This document shows positions 22,405-33,039 of a stretch of 63,831 nt of DNA, piece after piece (position 1 is the stretch's first letter; each line of letters opens with the position of its first letter). The position numbers and the translations under genes are program-made. The DNA is from an uncultured virus (IMG/VR IMGVR_UViG_3300024999_000046) (lineage: Duplodnaviria > Heunggongvirae > Uroviricota > Caudoviricetes). The stretch lies in IMG/VR virus record IMGVR_UViG_3300024999_000046; one strand, 5' to 3'. The notes under the pieces were generated by a model. That model was not told where the DNA came from, ran no database searches, and saw only the letters and a list, made by a program, of their open reading frames with translations.

Positions 22405-22909
22405 AATTCAATGGTAAAGGGCTTTTAGGAATTGATATTTTATCAGCGATTTTGGTTTTTATTTGAACTGATTTTTCTTCTCCTTTAAACTCTTCTGCAA
22501 AGTCTTGAAGATTAAACATCTTACTATAGTGTTTCTTTGCTTTATCATAGAAATATGGGATAATTCCTAATCCGGTATCCTCTAACACATCATTCTCTAA
22601 AATTTTATAATAGTATTGCAAAGTATAATACATGCCAATATTGGTATATTCATATTCTGCTCTATAGTTTTTCATTTGTTGAAACATCATACCTGTTGGT
22701 TTGTCGATACTATATAGCTTACATATGTAGTCAAAGAGTAAATCCCAATCATTTTTATATAAAGCAGATTCTTCTTCTTTTGCTTCTAAACAAGTTTTAC
22801 AATATCTTTTATTACTTTTAATAATTGTTTCATCTTTTGGAAACAATTCTTCGCAAACAACACATTTTAACTTTTTAATAGGTTTATCTTTTATAATTTT
22901 TATTGACAT
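22370..22909 (-). CDS. Zn-binding replication protein (YorH-like)
   Basis: CVVC...YCKTC, 'GLGIIPYFYD'; synteny. Confidence 0.65.
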   Translation of the reverse strand: MSIKIIKDKPIKKLKCVVCEELFPKDETIIKSNKRYCKTCLEAKEEESALYKNDWDLLFDYICKLYSIDKPTGMMFQQMKNYRAEYEYTNIGMYYTLQYYYKILENDVLEDTGLGIIPYFYDKAKKHYSKMFNLQDFAEEFKGEEKSVQIKTKIADKISIPKSPLPLNFDWEEEQDEDN

Positions 22910-22927
22910 ATAATCACCTCTATTTTA

Positions 22928-22958
22928 AATAGGGAGTAGATAAAAACTACTCCCTATT
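22928..22958. terminator. 12-bp stem hairpin between YorG-like and YorH-like genes
   Basis: AATAGGGAGTAG...CTACTCCCTATT. Confidence 0.55.
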
Positions 22959-22976
22959 ATTTTATTTATGCTATTA

Positions 22977-24008
22977 TTATTCCTCGTCTTCTAACTTTTC
23001 AAGCAACTCTTCTAGGTCTTGTTTAATTCTCATTAAAAGTTGCAATTGTTTCTTTGTAGTTTCACTAACAGCAACATCCTCACCTAAATGCTCTGTTACA
23101 ATATCTGCATATTCTTCAAGTTTATCTAATTCCTCAAATTGTGCAAATAATTCTCCGATAGATTCTTTTAACTCTTCATGAGTAGGTTCTTCTCCTTCGT
23201 AAATTTCTCTTTGTGCCTTATAATCTACATCGTCTTTTTGTCCAGACATTTCTTTCTCTTTAATTAATCCTGCAATGATGGCTTGTTCTAGATTCTCTGC
23301 TGTAAAATCTTCAATAACAGAATCCGTGTAAATATTTCTACTTCGAGCAAAAAAATCGTCTGTTTCTGCTAAATAACCACTAGAATTAACAGGTGTTCCA
23401 TCATCGTCAACTCCATTGGATTTTAAATATACTACATAATCAGAGTTATTTCTCATAGGAGCAATATTTCTTTCGTCTCCTTCAATAATAAATTTTTCTT
23501 TGTCTTTATCAAATTTTTCATGACCAAGAAATAATACTGTAAAACCAAGTTTTAATAGTGTATTAACTTGAGTAAACATTTCATCTTGATATTCTTGCCA
23601 TAAGCCATATCCCTTGTTGCCTGTTTTAATACTTGTTGAACCAAATTTTTCAGTTATGTAATCTCTACACCATCTGCCCATAGTTTCCATTCCATCACAA
23701 ATAATAGTAACCTGTTCTTGCTGAACAATTTTTGCCCACTTTTTACCACCCAATGTTTTCAAATGTCCTGTGAAATCGCTCCATTTGTTAGCTTTTAGTA
23801 CAATAGCACCACTAATTCCATTCAAACCTTCCTCAAAAGGAATAAAAACTGGATTTTTAAATTTCGATGCTTGATAAGTTTTTCCCAAATTATTATAACC
23901 ATAAATAGTAATGATTTTCCCTCTTAAATCAGTAGTTATTTTGCTCACCTTGGCCTTGTCCTTGAATGTTAATTCAACTAAACTCAATAAATCATTTGAA
24001 ATTGCCAT
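22977..24008 (-). CDS. AAA_24/Sak4-like ATPase (YorG-like)
   Basis: IYGYNNLGKT, FEEG, GKGY-like 'NKGYG', FLGH, ARSR. Confidence 0.8.
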   Translation of the reverse strand: MAISNDLLSLVELTFKDKAKVSKITTDLRGKIITIYGYNNLGKTYQASKFKNPVFIPFEEGLNGISGAIVLKANKWSDFTGHLKTLGGKKWAKIVQQEQVTIICDGMETMGRWCRDYITEKFGSTSIKTGNKGYGLWQEYQDEMFTQVNTLLKLGFTVLFLGHEKFDKDKEKFIIEGDERNIAPMRNNSDYVVYLKSNGVDDDGTPVNSSGYLAETDDFFARSRNIYTDSVIEDFTAENLEQAIIAGLIKEKEMSGQKDDVDYKAQREIYEGEEPTHEELKESIGELFAQFEELDKLEEYADIVTEHLGEDVAVSETTKKQLQLLMRIKQDLEELLEKLEDEE

Positions 24009-24098
24009 TAATTAAATTCCCCCTAATATTTTATTTATATTTAATTATTATTAATTGTTGCATTAAATAAGAGAAGGGGATTTCTCCCCTATTATTGG

Positions 24099-25115
24099 TT
24101 AAAACTTGGGTCTTTCGCGCTTAGGCTTATCTCCACTTGTACCCGATGCACTTGCACCTGATTTATTGCCCATACCTTTACCCTTTTTATCTTTGCTATC
24201 AACCTCTTTGTTTTTCTCTTCTTCAATTGCGACATCACGTTCGATTTTTGCCTGTTTAATTAATTCCATATCGAATTCTTTATCTTCATCCTCTTGGATA
24301 TCTGCTCCAACGACAACTAATTCATTGATATATTCTTTATGTTCTTCTACTTTTGCTCTGCCTAAACCTCCTCCTTTTGTAGTTTTAGTGATAATGGATT
24401 TATAATTGATGTCTCCCCATACATTAAGTGTCATTCCTTCTTCAACTTGAGCAAGAATATCCTCTCCAAAATCGAACTCTTCACCATCATCATTCAAGGT
24501 GATTCCTACAACAACCTCCATAGGAATAACTTTCCCACCATAAATAGGTGTCCATCCACTTACAATAGCTCTTCCAGTGGGTTCGTCTTGTTTTGTTTCT
24601 TCCTTAACAGAAGTCACAAACATTTCAATATCAAATGTTGCCTTATAGTCCTCTGGTTTAATCGAAGAATCAATTGTAACATTACCAAAACCTAAGTCGA
24701 TATTCACCTTTGTTTTTACTTCTTCTGTTTCTTTAACCTTGAAAATGTCTTCATTAAAGCGAGGAGTGAATTCCTTCTGTCCTTGTATTCTTACCTTGGC
24801 TACATTTTCACGATCCTCATCATTTTTACACGATGCTAAAGTAAAATAATCTTCATTAATTAATTTTTGTAATGTCTCAAACGATTTCTTAACTTTGCCT
24901 TTTTTATTTTTTTCTGCTACAAAAACTTTAATTTCAATTTCTGAAAAATCACCAGTATTGATAACCAAAGATCCGTTAATATAATTTCCCTCTTTATTTT
25001 TATTTAGATTTAACTTTTGTTCCTTAACTTCTCCAACTAAAGTAATGTCGTTGATCGCTTGTCGTAATTCAGTGTTGTTTTCATTGTTTTCCATATTATG
25101 TATTCCTTCTTTCAA
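24099..25115 (-). CDS. Putative ssDNA-binding protein (YorF-like)
   Basis: Tandem OB-like segments, flexible tail ending in F; synteny. Confidence 0.6.
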   Translation of the reverse strand: MKEGIHNMENNENNTELRQAINDITLVGEVKEQKLNLNKNKEGNYINGSLVINTGDFSEIEIKVFVAEKNKKGKVKKSFETLQKLINEDYFTLASCKNDEDRENVAKVRIQGQKEFTPRFNEDIFKVKETEEVKTKVNIDLGFGNVTIDSSIKPEDYKATFDIEMFVTSVKEETKQDEPTGRAIVSGWTPIYGGKVIPMEVVVGITLNDDGEEFDFGEDILAQVEEGMTLNVWGDINYKSIITKTTKGGGLGRAKVEEHKEYINELVVVGADIQEDEDKEFDMELIKQAKIERDVAIEEEKNKEVDSKDKKGKGMGNKSGASASGTSGDKPKRERPKF

Positions 25116-25269
25116 TTATATTTATTTTATTATTTACTACACATGATCTTTAAAATATAATTGAAAGAGGTGGACTTTTATTAAATTTGATAGGTCTTCT
25201 GCATTTACCTTTATTCTTCAACCAATCAATCCTTTCTTATTAATAAATTATTTTTTTAACCTCTTAATC

Positions 25270-25299
25270 ATTATACCACACTACTCATACCAATGTCAA
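25270..25299 (-). promoter_or_regulatory. SigA-type promoter for replication operon
   Basis: TTGACA-18-TATAAT with TG. Confidence 0.7.
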
Positions 25300-25527
25300 A
25301 TATATTTATTTTACAATTCATAAAAACATTCAACATCTCATTTTCCTACATAATCACATAAAATCTCACTTTCGAGGGATTTGATATATAGAATAATAAT
25401 TTACACCTATTTAATGACCGCAAACCCTACTGTAGCAACGGTTACAGGACTATTTTAGTGATTTTTATGAGAATTAGAGTTTTTGGTCATTTTAGGCATT
25501 AACCCATAAAATCAAAATTTCTTGAGG

Positions 25528-26190
25528 TTATTTAATATCATCTTTCCAATTAGTATCCATAGCACCTACACTTCGATAATTACAAACCGACTTGCTCAAA
25601 CTAGTATAAAGTGAATCTGTCCCAACACTATTAGCAGTATAATTTGAAGCGAATTGTCCACTAATTCCAAAACTCTGAGCAGTTCCTACAGCATCAATAT
25701 TTGCACCTAAGAATAAGAATTGCCAATCATATGTGTTAGTTTGATGCTCAATCATTTCTTTAATTTTCTTTCGACTAAATTCTTTACTCTGATTTTCTTG
25801 TCCATCAGTTGTGATAACAAATATTACTTTACTTGGTTTATTGTCTTCATCTAATTTATTGAGTCTATCCCCTACGGTATTAATTGTTTTTCCAATTGCG
25901 TCTAATAATGCTGTCATACCTCTTGCTGAATATTCTTTTGTGGTCATAGGTTTTACTGTTTTAATATCTACTCCATTGTGTAGAATTTCATATTGGTCAT
26001 CAAATAGAATTGTAGTTAATAATGCCTCTCCATATTCTTGCTTTTGAGTTTCAATAAATGAGTTAAAACCTCCAATTGTATCAGCGACTAGAGAATCCAT
26101 AGAACCAGAACGATCTAAGATAAAGACGATTTCAGTTAAATTGTTTTTCATATTATTTTCCTTCTTTCTTAATTTTCTCAAGAGCATCAT
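25528..26190 (-). CDS. vWA domain protein (likely start 26151, MKNNLTEIVF)
   Basis: MIDAS DRSGS, GMTALLDA, ITTDGQEN, FLFLGAN. Confidence 0.85.
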   Translation of the reverse strand: MMLLRKLRKKENNMKNNLTEIVFILDRSGSMDSLVADTIGGFNSFIETQKQEYGEALLTTILFDDQYEILHNGVDIKTVKPMTTKEYSARGMTALLDAIGKTINTVGDRLNKLDEDNKPSKVIFVITTDGQENQSKEFSRKKIKEMIEHQTNTYDWQFLFLGANIDAVGTAQSFGISGQFASNYTANSVGTDSLYTSLSKSVCNYRSVGAMDTNWKDDIK

Positions 26191-26863
26191 TTAATTGTTT
26201 CAGAAAATGTGCAGGATCATCATTGGAATCTAGAGTTAAATTGATTGTAATATTATTAATAATGGGAGTTTTAGATTCTTTTACATTTTCTTCATCTTTC
26301 TCAACTTCTTCTACCCAATCCCATTCTTCTGGTTCATTATCTCCTAAAACATCAGAAATAACTCTTACGCAACCATTACGTTGTTTAATAGCTACAATGT
26401 CCCAATCATCATTTTCTGGAGTTAATTCTTCGTTATAATCATCTAATGATATTCCATCACCACTGTATCCTTCCGCTATATCAATTTTATCATAGAAGAT
26501 AAAATCACCTTCAAGGTCATTCAATAAAGCGAATAGAACTCCATTTCTCATTTTAAACAACATAGAACTATTTAAATCAAATTTCTTCATTTTAACATTC
26601 CTACTTTCATTATTATTCTCTTGATTTGCGTTTACTTCATTTTCTATGTATGGTTCAAAATCTTCTGGTAAGAAAAAATCACCTTTATTTGATCTTTCTG
26701 TGGATTCTAAAACGATATAATGAGAACAAATCTCTGATACGAATAAATATGGTTGGTTTTCACTCTGTGCATACTTCCACTCGATACTACCATCTAAATT
26801 TCCACAATAACTTTTTGAATGAGGAGTTACCTTCATTCCCACAATAACATGTTCTCTTTTCAA
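26153..26863 (-). CDS. Hypothetical protein
   Basis: ORF track, SD AAGGAG. Confidence 0.6.
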   Translation of the reverse strand: MKREHVIVGMKVTPHSKSYCGNLDGSIEWKYAQSENQPYLFVSEICSHYIVLESTERSNKGDFFLPEDFEPYIENEVNANQENNNESRNVKMKKFDLNSSMLFKMRNGVLFALLNDLEGDFIFYDKIDIAEGYSGDGISLDDYNEELTPENDDWDIVAIKQRNGCVRVISDVLGDNEPEEWDWVEEVEKDEENVKESKTPIINNITINLTLDSNDDPAHFLKQLNDALEKIKKEGK

Positions 26864-26893
26864 TTTATCTAACTCCTTTCTATAATTTATCCC

Positions 26894-27169
26894 TTACTGA
26901 GCAAATTGACTTAATTTCTCTCTTAATTCCAAATGTGTATTAATTTTTGCTTCTGCTTCATTTTTAACATGCTGTGTATTAACTAATTCCAATTCCAATG
27001 CATCAATTTTCTCTTGACTCTGAATTTTAGATTGATTTAACATCTCATTTGCCTTATCAATTTCCAGAATTGCTTGCTTAAACATAGATACTGCATTGTC
27101 TACTACTCCTACTGCTTTTTCAATCATCATGGAAGGTGTTAATACTACTTTTCTTTTTAAAATTGGCAT
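26894..27169 (-). CDS. Coiled-coil hypothetical protein
   Basis: ORF track. Confidence 0.6.
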   Translation of the reverse strand: MPILKRKVVLTPSMMIEKAVGVVDNAVSMFKQAILEIDKANEMLNQSKIQSQEKIDALELELVNTQHVKNEAEAKINTHLELREKLSQFAQ

Positions 27170-27172
27170 TAT

Positions 27173-27444
27173 TTATCCTTCTTTCTTAAATTTATTTTTA
27201 TTAAACTTTAACCACTCATTATAACCATCTGACATTTTACCTAATATGTATTCAGTATTTCTTGTCTGTGCTATCATATTACTTAAATCTAACTTTACAA
27301 TTCTTGAAGTTGTAACCTATGAACCATCAGGAAATCTACCTAATTCATCATCAAATATTTTACCTTCTAAATATTTAACTTGACATTCTGGCGGTTGATA
27401 GGGATCTAAACCACCACAACACTCCAACTTTCTAATTTTGGCAT
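27173..27444 (-). pseudogene. Disrupted phage gene (1-nt frameshift plus in-frame TAG)
   Basis: MPKLESWSV / shift near 27419 / CGGLDPYQPPE...GRFPDGS*VTTSRI...TRNTEYILG; TAG at 27317-27319. Confidence 0.7.
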
Positions 27445-27848
27445 ATATTTAACTCCTCTCCACAACTCTAAACAACACACCATTATTACTCTTATGAAAC
27501 TTGAACAATTCATTGCCATTATGCAAATCGTTTTGAATATAATAATACTCAGAATCTTCTTTCATGATTACTCTGTATGTATCTTTGCTAAACGTGTAAT
27601 AATCCTTTAGAAATACTAGTTTTTGCAATAATATCACCTCCTTTTATTTTATTAGTAATTATTGCATCAAACAAACACTACAAGAACAACCCATACAATC
27701 ACCTTCAAATCCCATAGTTTCACATTTATCTGCGTCTTCTTGCATTTCTTTAGTCATTTTCTTTACTACATATCCATTTTCGTGAAGCAATTTAATTGCT
27801 TCTTCAATTTTATTTTCCATGTTTTCACCTCCTCATTCAAAATAACTG

Positions 27849-28208
27849 TTAATATATCATTATCATAACTTCTTCTAATTGTTTTAATGAAGATACTTTA
27901 TCTATAAAGATTCTTTTTCCTTCTTTTGTTCCTTTGTATTCTCCATATGATTTCCATTGTTTTAACCATTCTTTTGCTAAATTATCAAATATTTTAGTAT
28001 GGTCTTTTGAATTTTCTGCTATCCAATATGTACTTACTAAGTGTTCGTCTTCATGATCTTGTGAGACATATGGAACATTTATTATTCTTGTTACTTCTAG
28101 GGGATTTTCCCATTTTTCTTTGCCAATTTTCCAATTAATAATTTTATTGTCCTTTAAAAGAACACTCGCATATATATAATGTGGATATATTTCTACCCAA
28201 CTTTTCAT
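27849..28208 (-). CDS. Hypothetical protein
   Basis: ORF track, SD GGAGG. Confidence 0.6.
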   Translation of the reverse strand: MKSWVEIYPHYIYASVLLKDNKIINWKIGKEKWENPLEVTRIINVPYVSQDHEDEHLVSTYWIAENSKDHTKIFDNLAKEWLKQWKSYGEYKGTKEGKRIFIDKVSSLKQLEEVMIMIY

Positions 28209-28235
28209 AAAATTACCTCCAATATATTTATTTTA

Positions 28236-28799
28236 TTATTTAACAAACTCTATGTAATTCCTCCAAAATAACAACTCTGAACTACTTCTATATGCCACTC
28301 TTTCCAAACAATCAGCACAAAACTTCTTATACTTTTCTTCACTTTTAAATCTACTATCAATTTTTCTTTTGGCTCTTTTAACCAATTCAACTCCCTGTAT
28401 ATCAGGAATTCTTTGTGAATATTTCTTTAATTCAAAGATATCAAAATCTACCTCAATTAATCCAACAGATGTAGGTAAAATATTAACTGGAATAGTATTT
28501 ACTGTGCTTATAACATAACTCATTGCAGGAGCACAACAAAACCCATTATTATAATCACTTAAACTTGCTTTTGCTTCTATGCCTTTAATATCATAGTGAT
28601 ATTTACCTCTGCCTTCTGATATCTTTTTCAATCCTACACAATCTATAATTTCTTTTCTCTTTTTACCAATATCTAAGTCCCACATACCATGAACTTCAGT
28701 CCCTATCATTTTATATCCCCAACCGAATAATATGTATTTTGATATTTCTTTTAGTAGAAAATGTGTTTCTGATTCATTCTTTGGCCTATTAAAATTCAA
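28236..28799 (-). CDS. PD-(D/E)xK nuclease-like protein (MmcB-like)
   Basis: 'ES.THF.LK', 'EV...IIDCVG...GIEAKASLSD', 'VGLIEV'. Confidence 0.6.
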   Translation of the reverse strand: MNFNRPKNESETHFLLKEISKYILFGWGYKMIGTEVHGMWDLDIGKKRKEIIDCVGLKKISEGRGKYHYDIKGIEAKASLSDYNNGFCCAPAMSYVISTVNTIPVNILPTSVGLIEVDFDIFELKKYSQRIPDIQGVELVKRAKRKIDSRFKSEEKYKKFCADCLERVAYRSSSELLFWRNYIEFVK

Positions 28800-28845
28800 T
28801 TATGTTTTATCACCTCCTCGATTCTTATATATTCTCTACTTACTC

Positions 28846-28874
28846 ATTATAACATTTTACTTCCTACATGTCAA
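28846..28874 (-). promoter_or_regulatory. SigA-type promoter
   Basis: TTGACA-17-TATAAT with TG. Confidence 0.75.
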
Positions 28875-29066
28875 ATAATTATTTTAGCATTTATGAATAA
28901 TTTTACTCATCATTCCCTTCAATTTTTGCATATGCTTTAATACATCTTTTACATGTGTAAACATAAACTCATATTAGATTTTAAATATGCAATATGTATG
29001 ACTCCACCTTTTGTTGCCTGTGCTTTCTTTAAGTCCATTGTTAACCTTCTTTCTTTTGGGAATTAA

Positions 29067-29834
29067 TTACTGTACGATATTTGAAAATTTATTTATATCT
29101 TTATACTTATATGATTTATTAGATTTCTCATCTTTAATATATAATTTATAATCTTCTGTCAACCATTTTATTATTTTATTATACCTATCTTCTGTAAAAA
29201 ATTCCTGCTTTCTATACCAATCCTCAAAATTAAAATTCCATTTGTGACAATTACATGATTTACAAGCAGGTATGCAATTACTTAAATCATTAGCACCATT
29301 CTCATCATTATGATCTTTATGAAATCCACCTAATTTAGTAACTCCTTTATGTGTAATCCAATGTTCTGTAATCGGTAAACCACAATATGCACATTTATAA
29401 TCAAAATACTTTTGACATGCTTCCCATTCTTTTATACTAATTATATGTTTTCGTTTATTTCTAGAATATTCGTTACATTTTTCAGGATTTCTTCTTCTCC
29501 AACTAGATGAACTTTCATAATGTTGTTGAGGATGTTCATGTCTCCACCTAAGTGTTAATTTATTTCTTTCTTTAAGTTTTGCTTTTTGGTATATTCTTTG
29601 TTTTCTATAAATCTCCTCTTTATTATTTGCTATTCTTTTGCTTGTTGCTTCTATAGAACATTTTTTACACCATGAACTAAATCGATCAGAAGTTTCTTTT
29701 GTTTTATAGAAATATTCCTCAGTCATTGGAAACCACTCTTGATGATCTTTCTTAGTACATTGTTTATATTCTACTCCGTCAATTGTCTTATGCGTCAAAT
29801 TATAATTATATTGATTTCTCTCTTCTCTTGTCAA
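29067..29834 (-). CDS. HNH endonuclease
   Basis: CAYCG...HKDH...GANDLSNCIPACKSCNCHK. Confidence 0.85.
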   Translation of the reverse strand: MTREERNQYNYNLTHKTIDGVEYKQCTKKDHQEWFPMTEEYFYKTKETSDRFSSWCKKCSIEATSKRIANNKEEIYRKQRIYQKAKLKERNKLTLRWRHEHPQQHYESSSSWRRRNPEKCNEYSRNKRKHIISIKEWEACQKYFDYKCAYCGLPITEHWITHKGVTKLGGFHKDHNDENGANDLSNCIPACKSCNCHKWNFNFEDWYRKQEFFTEDRYNKIIKWLTEDYKLYIKDEKSNKSYKYKDINKFSNIVQ

Positions 29835-30925
29835 AATACATCTCCTTTTTAAATATTAATTATTTTACCATTCCCATTGATTTTCAACTGTCTCAGGTAA
29901 TAAACTTAACATATCTCTGACTGTCAACATATTAATTACTCTTTCTTCTGCATTGGCATATGTATCTAAAACTCCACCTCTTGTAGCAACATATTCAAGA
30001 ATTTCTTGATCCTTAATCAACCCTAAATATTCCATTGCCACGCCAAGACAAGAACTTTTAAAAACATCACCTTCTTTTAAATCTTCTCTATTCATCTCTT
30101 CACTTCTACAAAAATCTTCAATGACTAATTCACAATATTGTTTTTTACTAATCATAAATATTTTCCTCCTAATATTTATTTTATATTTAATCAACTCGTA
30201 TACCCAATTGACAAAATGGACATTGATCATATTCATGAAATATATCATGTTCTCCACAATACAAAAATCCTACTTTTTGAGCGAATTTATCAAAAGTTTT
30301 CATAATAAGTTGATCATAATTTCCAGTTGTAATTTTTGCAATAATATTTAATATAGGCATTCCTGCATCCTCTTCTAACCATTTTCTTTCACTATCATGT
30401 TCTCCTCTAAAAAATTCTTCTCTTGTGTATGTAGCAATAAATTCCAAAGGTGTTTGGTAACTCAATTCTACTATTTTCTTCATTAATTAAACACTCTCCT
30501 CAATTTTCGTTGATTTTAACAATCCTTTTTCAATAAACATATCTCTAACAACTTCTCTTAACTGAGATTCTACAATGTATTGAAAATTACTTTCGGAATA
30601 TAAACTGTCAATCTCATTTTCAATATAGTCTAAAAACATTTCTTGAATTGTTTCATCTGGAATAGAATTTATAGCTTTTGTAATTTTACTGCTTAAAGCT
30701 TTTTTATGGTTTTCTTGTAGGGTAATTGTTTCCATTTTTATCCTCCAATCTTATAAATAATCTCTCTAACTTCACAATCATCGAAATCATCAAGGTCTTC
30801 CACTTCTTCTACTTCAACAATTGTTCCATATTCATCTAAAATCACTGTAGCAGTTCCCCAAAATACACCTTTGATCTTTGCTTTAACTTTTTGTTGCAAT
30901 AGTGCTTACCTCCTATACCTCTTCA

Positions 30926-31237
30926 TTATTTAGACTTAATCACTGTATCTACTTTCAAATTTGAATATGCATCACTGTAAAGATATTTTCCAATCATATC
31001 TTCTTTGCTAGAAATTTCAAAATCAACATTAAATTTATAATTGTCATATACAGTATGTTTTGTCAGTCGATTATTGACTTCATCAAGCAATATTAATACA
31101 ACACCATTTGTATCAGAATTGACATCAATAATTTTAAATTTCTCAGGTTTCTTTGCAATGTCTGCTCCACAACCAGTTAAAGTTATGGATAATACTGCTG
31201 TAATTATTAGTAAGCTTATTTTTTTGATAATATTCAA
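30926..31237 (-). CDS. Putative lipoprotein
   Basis: KK + hydrophobic core + lipobox LTGC. Confidence 0.65.
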   Translation of the reverse strand: MNIIKKISLLIITAVLSITLTGCGADIAKKPEKFKIIDVNSDTNGVVLILLDEVNNRLTKHTVYDNYKFNVDFEISSKEDMIGKYLYSDAYSNLKVDTVIKSK

Positions 31238-31290
31238 CTCCTTTCCATTTCCCGTAAATGAAATAATTCAAGCTATCTATGTATATATTC

Positions 31291-31319
31291 ATTATAAACT
31301 ACGCATACTTTAAAGTCAA
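31291..31319 (-). promoter_or_regulatory. SigA-type promoter
   Basis: TTGACT-17-TATAAT. Confidence 0.65.
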
Positions 31320-31330
31320 TTAATTATTTT

Positions 31331-31933
31331 TCAGTTATTGATTGGCTCAATATGTATATCAGATTCAATTTCATTGCCCCACGAATCCCATCCATCAGCT
31401 TTTTGTCTAGCAAATAATTCAACTCTAGGCAAATCTCCACATAATTCTATTATCTTATCTCTTACAATATCAGGTTTCTTGCTATGTTGTTCTATTGGCG
31501 TATCTATAACAGAATGAACACTTGCTGACATGCGTTTAGGCTTACCTTTTGTTGCCAACAAACATATCTCTGCATTTGCTCTAGTCCAGCTTCCCATACC
31601 CCAAAACCAACTATCCGCTTTTTTATTTTTCTTTACCCATGTAAACGCACAAGTTTTATATTCAAAACCCCAAGCACTAATTACATCAAAACATTCATTA
31701 AGTTTGGGCATTGTAACCCACATAAACAAAATACAATCTTCTGCTGCTAATTCTTTTATAGGCAGATTATTGATATCTTTAGAATCCATTACATCATATT
31801 TGCATCCTGCACCTCTATTACCAGCAAGTGCTTTATCTCTATAACTCCAAGGAGGATCTGCATATATAATATTATACTTTTTAATGTTTATTCCCTCTTT
31901 CTTAATTATATTTATCTTATTTGTAGTTCCCAT
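31331..31933 (-). CDS. MT-A70-family adenine methyltransferase (SD points to ATT start at 31885)
   Basis: IIYADPPW, LFMW, WGFEYKT, TRANAE, HSKKP, ELFAR, GWDSWGNE. Confidence 0.9.
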   Translation of the reverse strand: MGTTNKINIIKKEGINIKKYNIIYADPPWSYRDKALAGNRGAGCKYDVMDSKDINNLPIKELAAEDCILFMWVTMPKLNECFDVISAWGFEYKTCAFTWVKKNKKADSWFWGMGSWTRANAEICLLATKGKPKRMSASVHSVIDTPIEQHSKKPDIVRDKIIELCGDLPRVELFARQKADGWDSWGNEIESDIHIEPINN

Positions 31934-32015
31934 AAATATGTATTTACAGACTAGTTATTTAGTGTATTTTTTGATATGATTAAATTTAAATATTTGATTT
32001 TGAGGAGATAGATAA

Positions 32016-32768
32016 ATGAGTCAAATTACTCAAATTCAAGCAGTTATTGAGACGATGAAACAAAAAGGTGGTTATGCCACTCTTTTAGACTTATACAGAG
32101 AAGTGCCAAAAGTAAAAAATGTAAATTGGAATACTAAAACCCCAGACGCAAGTATTAGAAGGATAGTTCAAGATTTAAGACATTTCTTTAAAATTAAGCC
32201 AGGACTTTGGGCTTTAAATGATTTTAAAGATAGATTACCAGATAGTATAAGTGGCTTAATTGAAAACGGTGAGCAATGTGAAAAATATGATTTCAATTTG
32301 CATTCTTATAATCAAGGATTATTAATTAATTCAGGCAATATGTTAGGATTTAAAACCTATATCCCTGCTCAAGATAAAAGTCGTAAGTATCTAGACAAAA
32401 CATTAAAAGATTTGGCAAGCTTAACTACATTACCACCATTTACGTATAACACAATCCTTAATAGAATTAAATCTATTGATGTAATATGGTTAGACGGTAA
32501 TAATGATAATCTTTTTCCTAGTAAAGTTTTTGAAGTAGAAAACTCCACTGATTTTATTAAATCCCTGAATAAATTTAACGAACTTAAAAATTTTACTATA
32601 GAAATGATTATTGTAGCTCCAGATTATAAAGAGAAATTATTTTACGATACCCTTAATTGGGACATCTATAAGAAATTGAAGAATCATGTTGTATTCTGGG
32701 ATTATGATAAATTAGAACAGTCATACAACCAATGTGCAAGAAAACAAATGGAACATATGTTTTTTTAA
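32016..32768 (+). CDS. Winged-HTH + PD-(D/E)xK putative restriction-like endonuclease
   Basis: SD GAGGAG; N-terminal 'TKTPDASIRR..Q...FFKIKPGLWAL' (HARE-HTH-like); C-terminal 'IDVIW...FEVENST'. Confidence 0.7.
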   Translation: MSQITQIQAVIETMKQKGGYATLLDLYREVPKVKNVNWNTKTPDASIRRIVQDLRHFFKIKPGLWALNDFKDRLPDSISGLIENGEQCEKYDFNLHSYNQGLLINSGNMLGFKTYIPAQDKSRKYLDKTLKDLASLTTLPPFTYNTILNRIKSIDVIWLDGNNDNLFPSKVFEVENSTDFIKSLNKFNELKNFTIEMIIVAPDYKEKLFYDTLNWDIYKKLKNHVVFWDYDKLEQSYNQCARKQMEHMFF

Positions 32769-32814
32769 ACTATCAATGAACAATATTTCTATAGCATCAA
32801 ATTTGGAATTTAAG

Positions 32815-33039
32815 TTATCTAAATTTATGACATATCGCACAAAAAGTTTCACTAAATGGTTGTGATGTATAGTCCCAAGCATCTAAATCATCTCCCCATT
32901 TATGAGTGCATTTATTTTGGATAGCATTAAGTTTTTGTCTACGAAGATTGTCTAAATTATCTCGTTCTTTTCTGTACCATTCATCAACATTTAGTCTTTC
33001 TTCTTGTAGTGGATGGAGTTTGATTTTACTAGAAATGAT
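32815..33039 (-). CDS. Small Zn-binding hypothetical protein with non-ATG (ATC/ATT) start
   Basis: AAGGAGG then ATC ATT TCT...; C-terminal CTHKW...CAICH; no in-frame ATG/GTG/TTG near the SD. Confidence 0.5.
   Translation of the reverse strand: MISSKIKLHPLQEERLNVDEWYRKERDNLDNLRRQKLNAIQNKCTHKWGDDLDAWDYTSQPFSETFCAICHKFR

Noticed and set aside
27317..27319. TAG recoding (alternative genetic code)
   Set aside because: Single in-frame TAG in a gene that is also frameshifted; large genes are open in code 11 and TAG ends normal genes such as agrD
32751..32762. GAACATATGTTT LexA-like box
   Set aside because: Lies in the last codons of a CDS with no associated promoter seen
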